Below, one piece after another: positions 63,225 through 64,000 of a DNA stretch of 64,000 nt. The stretch is from Octopus vulgaris (Eukaryota). Within the stretch, counting starts at the first letter, position 1, and the number at the start of each line of letters is the position of its first letter. The position numbers and the translations under genes were made by a program. The DNA is taken from assembly GCA_951406725.2 (NCBI GenBank), contig OX597815.1, positions 4,340,001 to 4,404,000 of the forward strand, written 5' to 3'. The notes under the pieces are model-generated. The model ran no database searches. It had not been told where the DNA came from and was given only the letters and a program-made list of their open reading frames with translations.

Positions 63225-64000
63225 TTTTTTTATTGCTTAATTACAATTATTCTAGTGACACTGGTGCCAACCTCTTCTGGCTCTGAAACCTGTCTGTGAC
63301 TAAGGCAGTCTAGCATTGTGGAAATAGGAAGAGGGAATTAAAATGGGCAAAACATGGAGTTTGGTTAATCTACAACAAACAGCTTTCTCATTTCCATATC
63401 TAAAATAAAATTAGCATGCAAATTAGGATGTCTGCATGTGGTTGATCCATTTGTTAGAAATAGCAGCCAAGTCTCTCTCAAATCACAGCTCAGCAGTGTT
63501 TATTTTTTTTTTTTTCATCTTGTCTCAATCATTAGATTGCGGCCATGCTGGGGCACTTCCTTGAAGAATTTTAGTCAAATGCTGGGGCACTTCCTTGAAG
63601 AATTTTAGTCAAATGCATCAACCCCATTATTTAATCCTGGTACTTATTCTGTTAGTCTCTTTTGCTGAACCACTAAGTTACAGAGATGTAAACACACCAG
63701 CATCAGTCATTAAGCATTGGTGAGGCCAAACACAGACATGACACACACTCATAGATACATACATATATATATATATAAATTCAATAATGAAAAATTAAAT
63801 TATACCATCTAGAAAATTACATCTTATAGAAAGATTAAATAGAAGATAAAACATATAACGATGATTAAGTAATGGGCAAAATAATAAATAAAACGTATAT
63901 TATTGTTGTTATCTTTAACCTGAAGAGTGGCTATATTTATATTGAAGTGATTTTACTACTACTACTATTATTTTTACTATTATCATTTCTTAAATATAGC

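Overview
Eukaryotic, AT-rich, extremely repeat-dense DNA. The SINE/RTE repertoire and microsatellite load look like an Octopus (coleoid cephalopod) genome; this is recognition from memory, not a database result. The only supportable host gene is three + strand exons (28703-28799, 45449-45609, 61698-61749) with canonical AG/GT sites and matching phases. They encode the DEP domain of an R7-family RGS protein (RGS6/7/9/11-like, closest to RGS9/11 around DGSLYRFQ). The rest is intron-type sequence: tRNA-derived SINEs, RTE 3' ends, Penelope-like (GIY-YIG), HERO-like and R4/Dong-like remnants, a deleted mariner, non-autonomous Helitrons, piggyBac/Tigger/hAT MITEs, mini- and microsatellites, and a decayed intron-containing tRNA-Leu(CAA). 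Nearly all supplied ORFs are repeat artefacts. The most interesting signal is RNA structure in Penelope-type terminal repeats: several minimal hammerhead motifs, a long-stem-II hammerhead inside a 345-bp palindrome, and two diverged copies (31.8 kb +, 34.1 kb -) carrying all three hammerhead core segments in a non-canonical order with three compensatory base-pair changes. Repeat boundaries are approximate unless a TSD or terminus is quoted.
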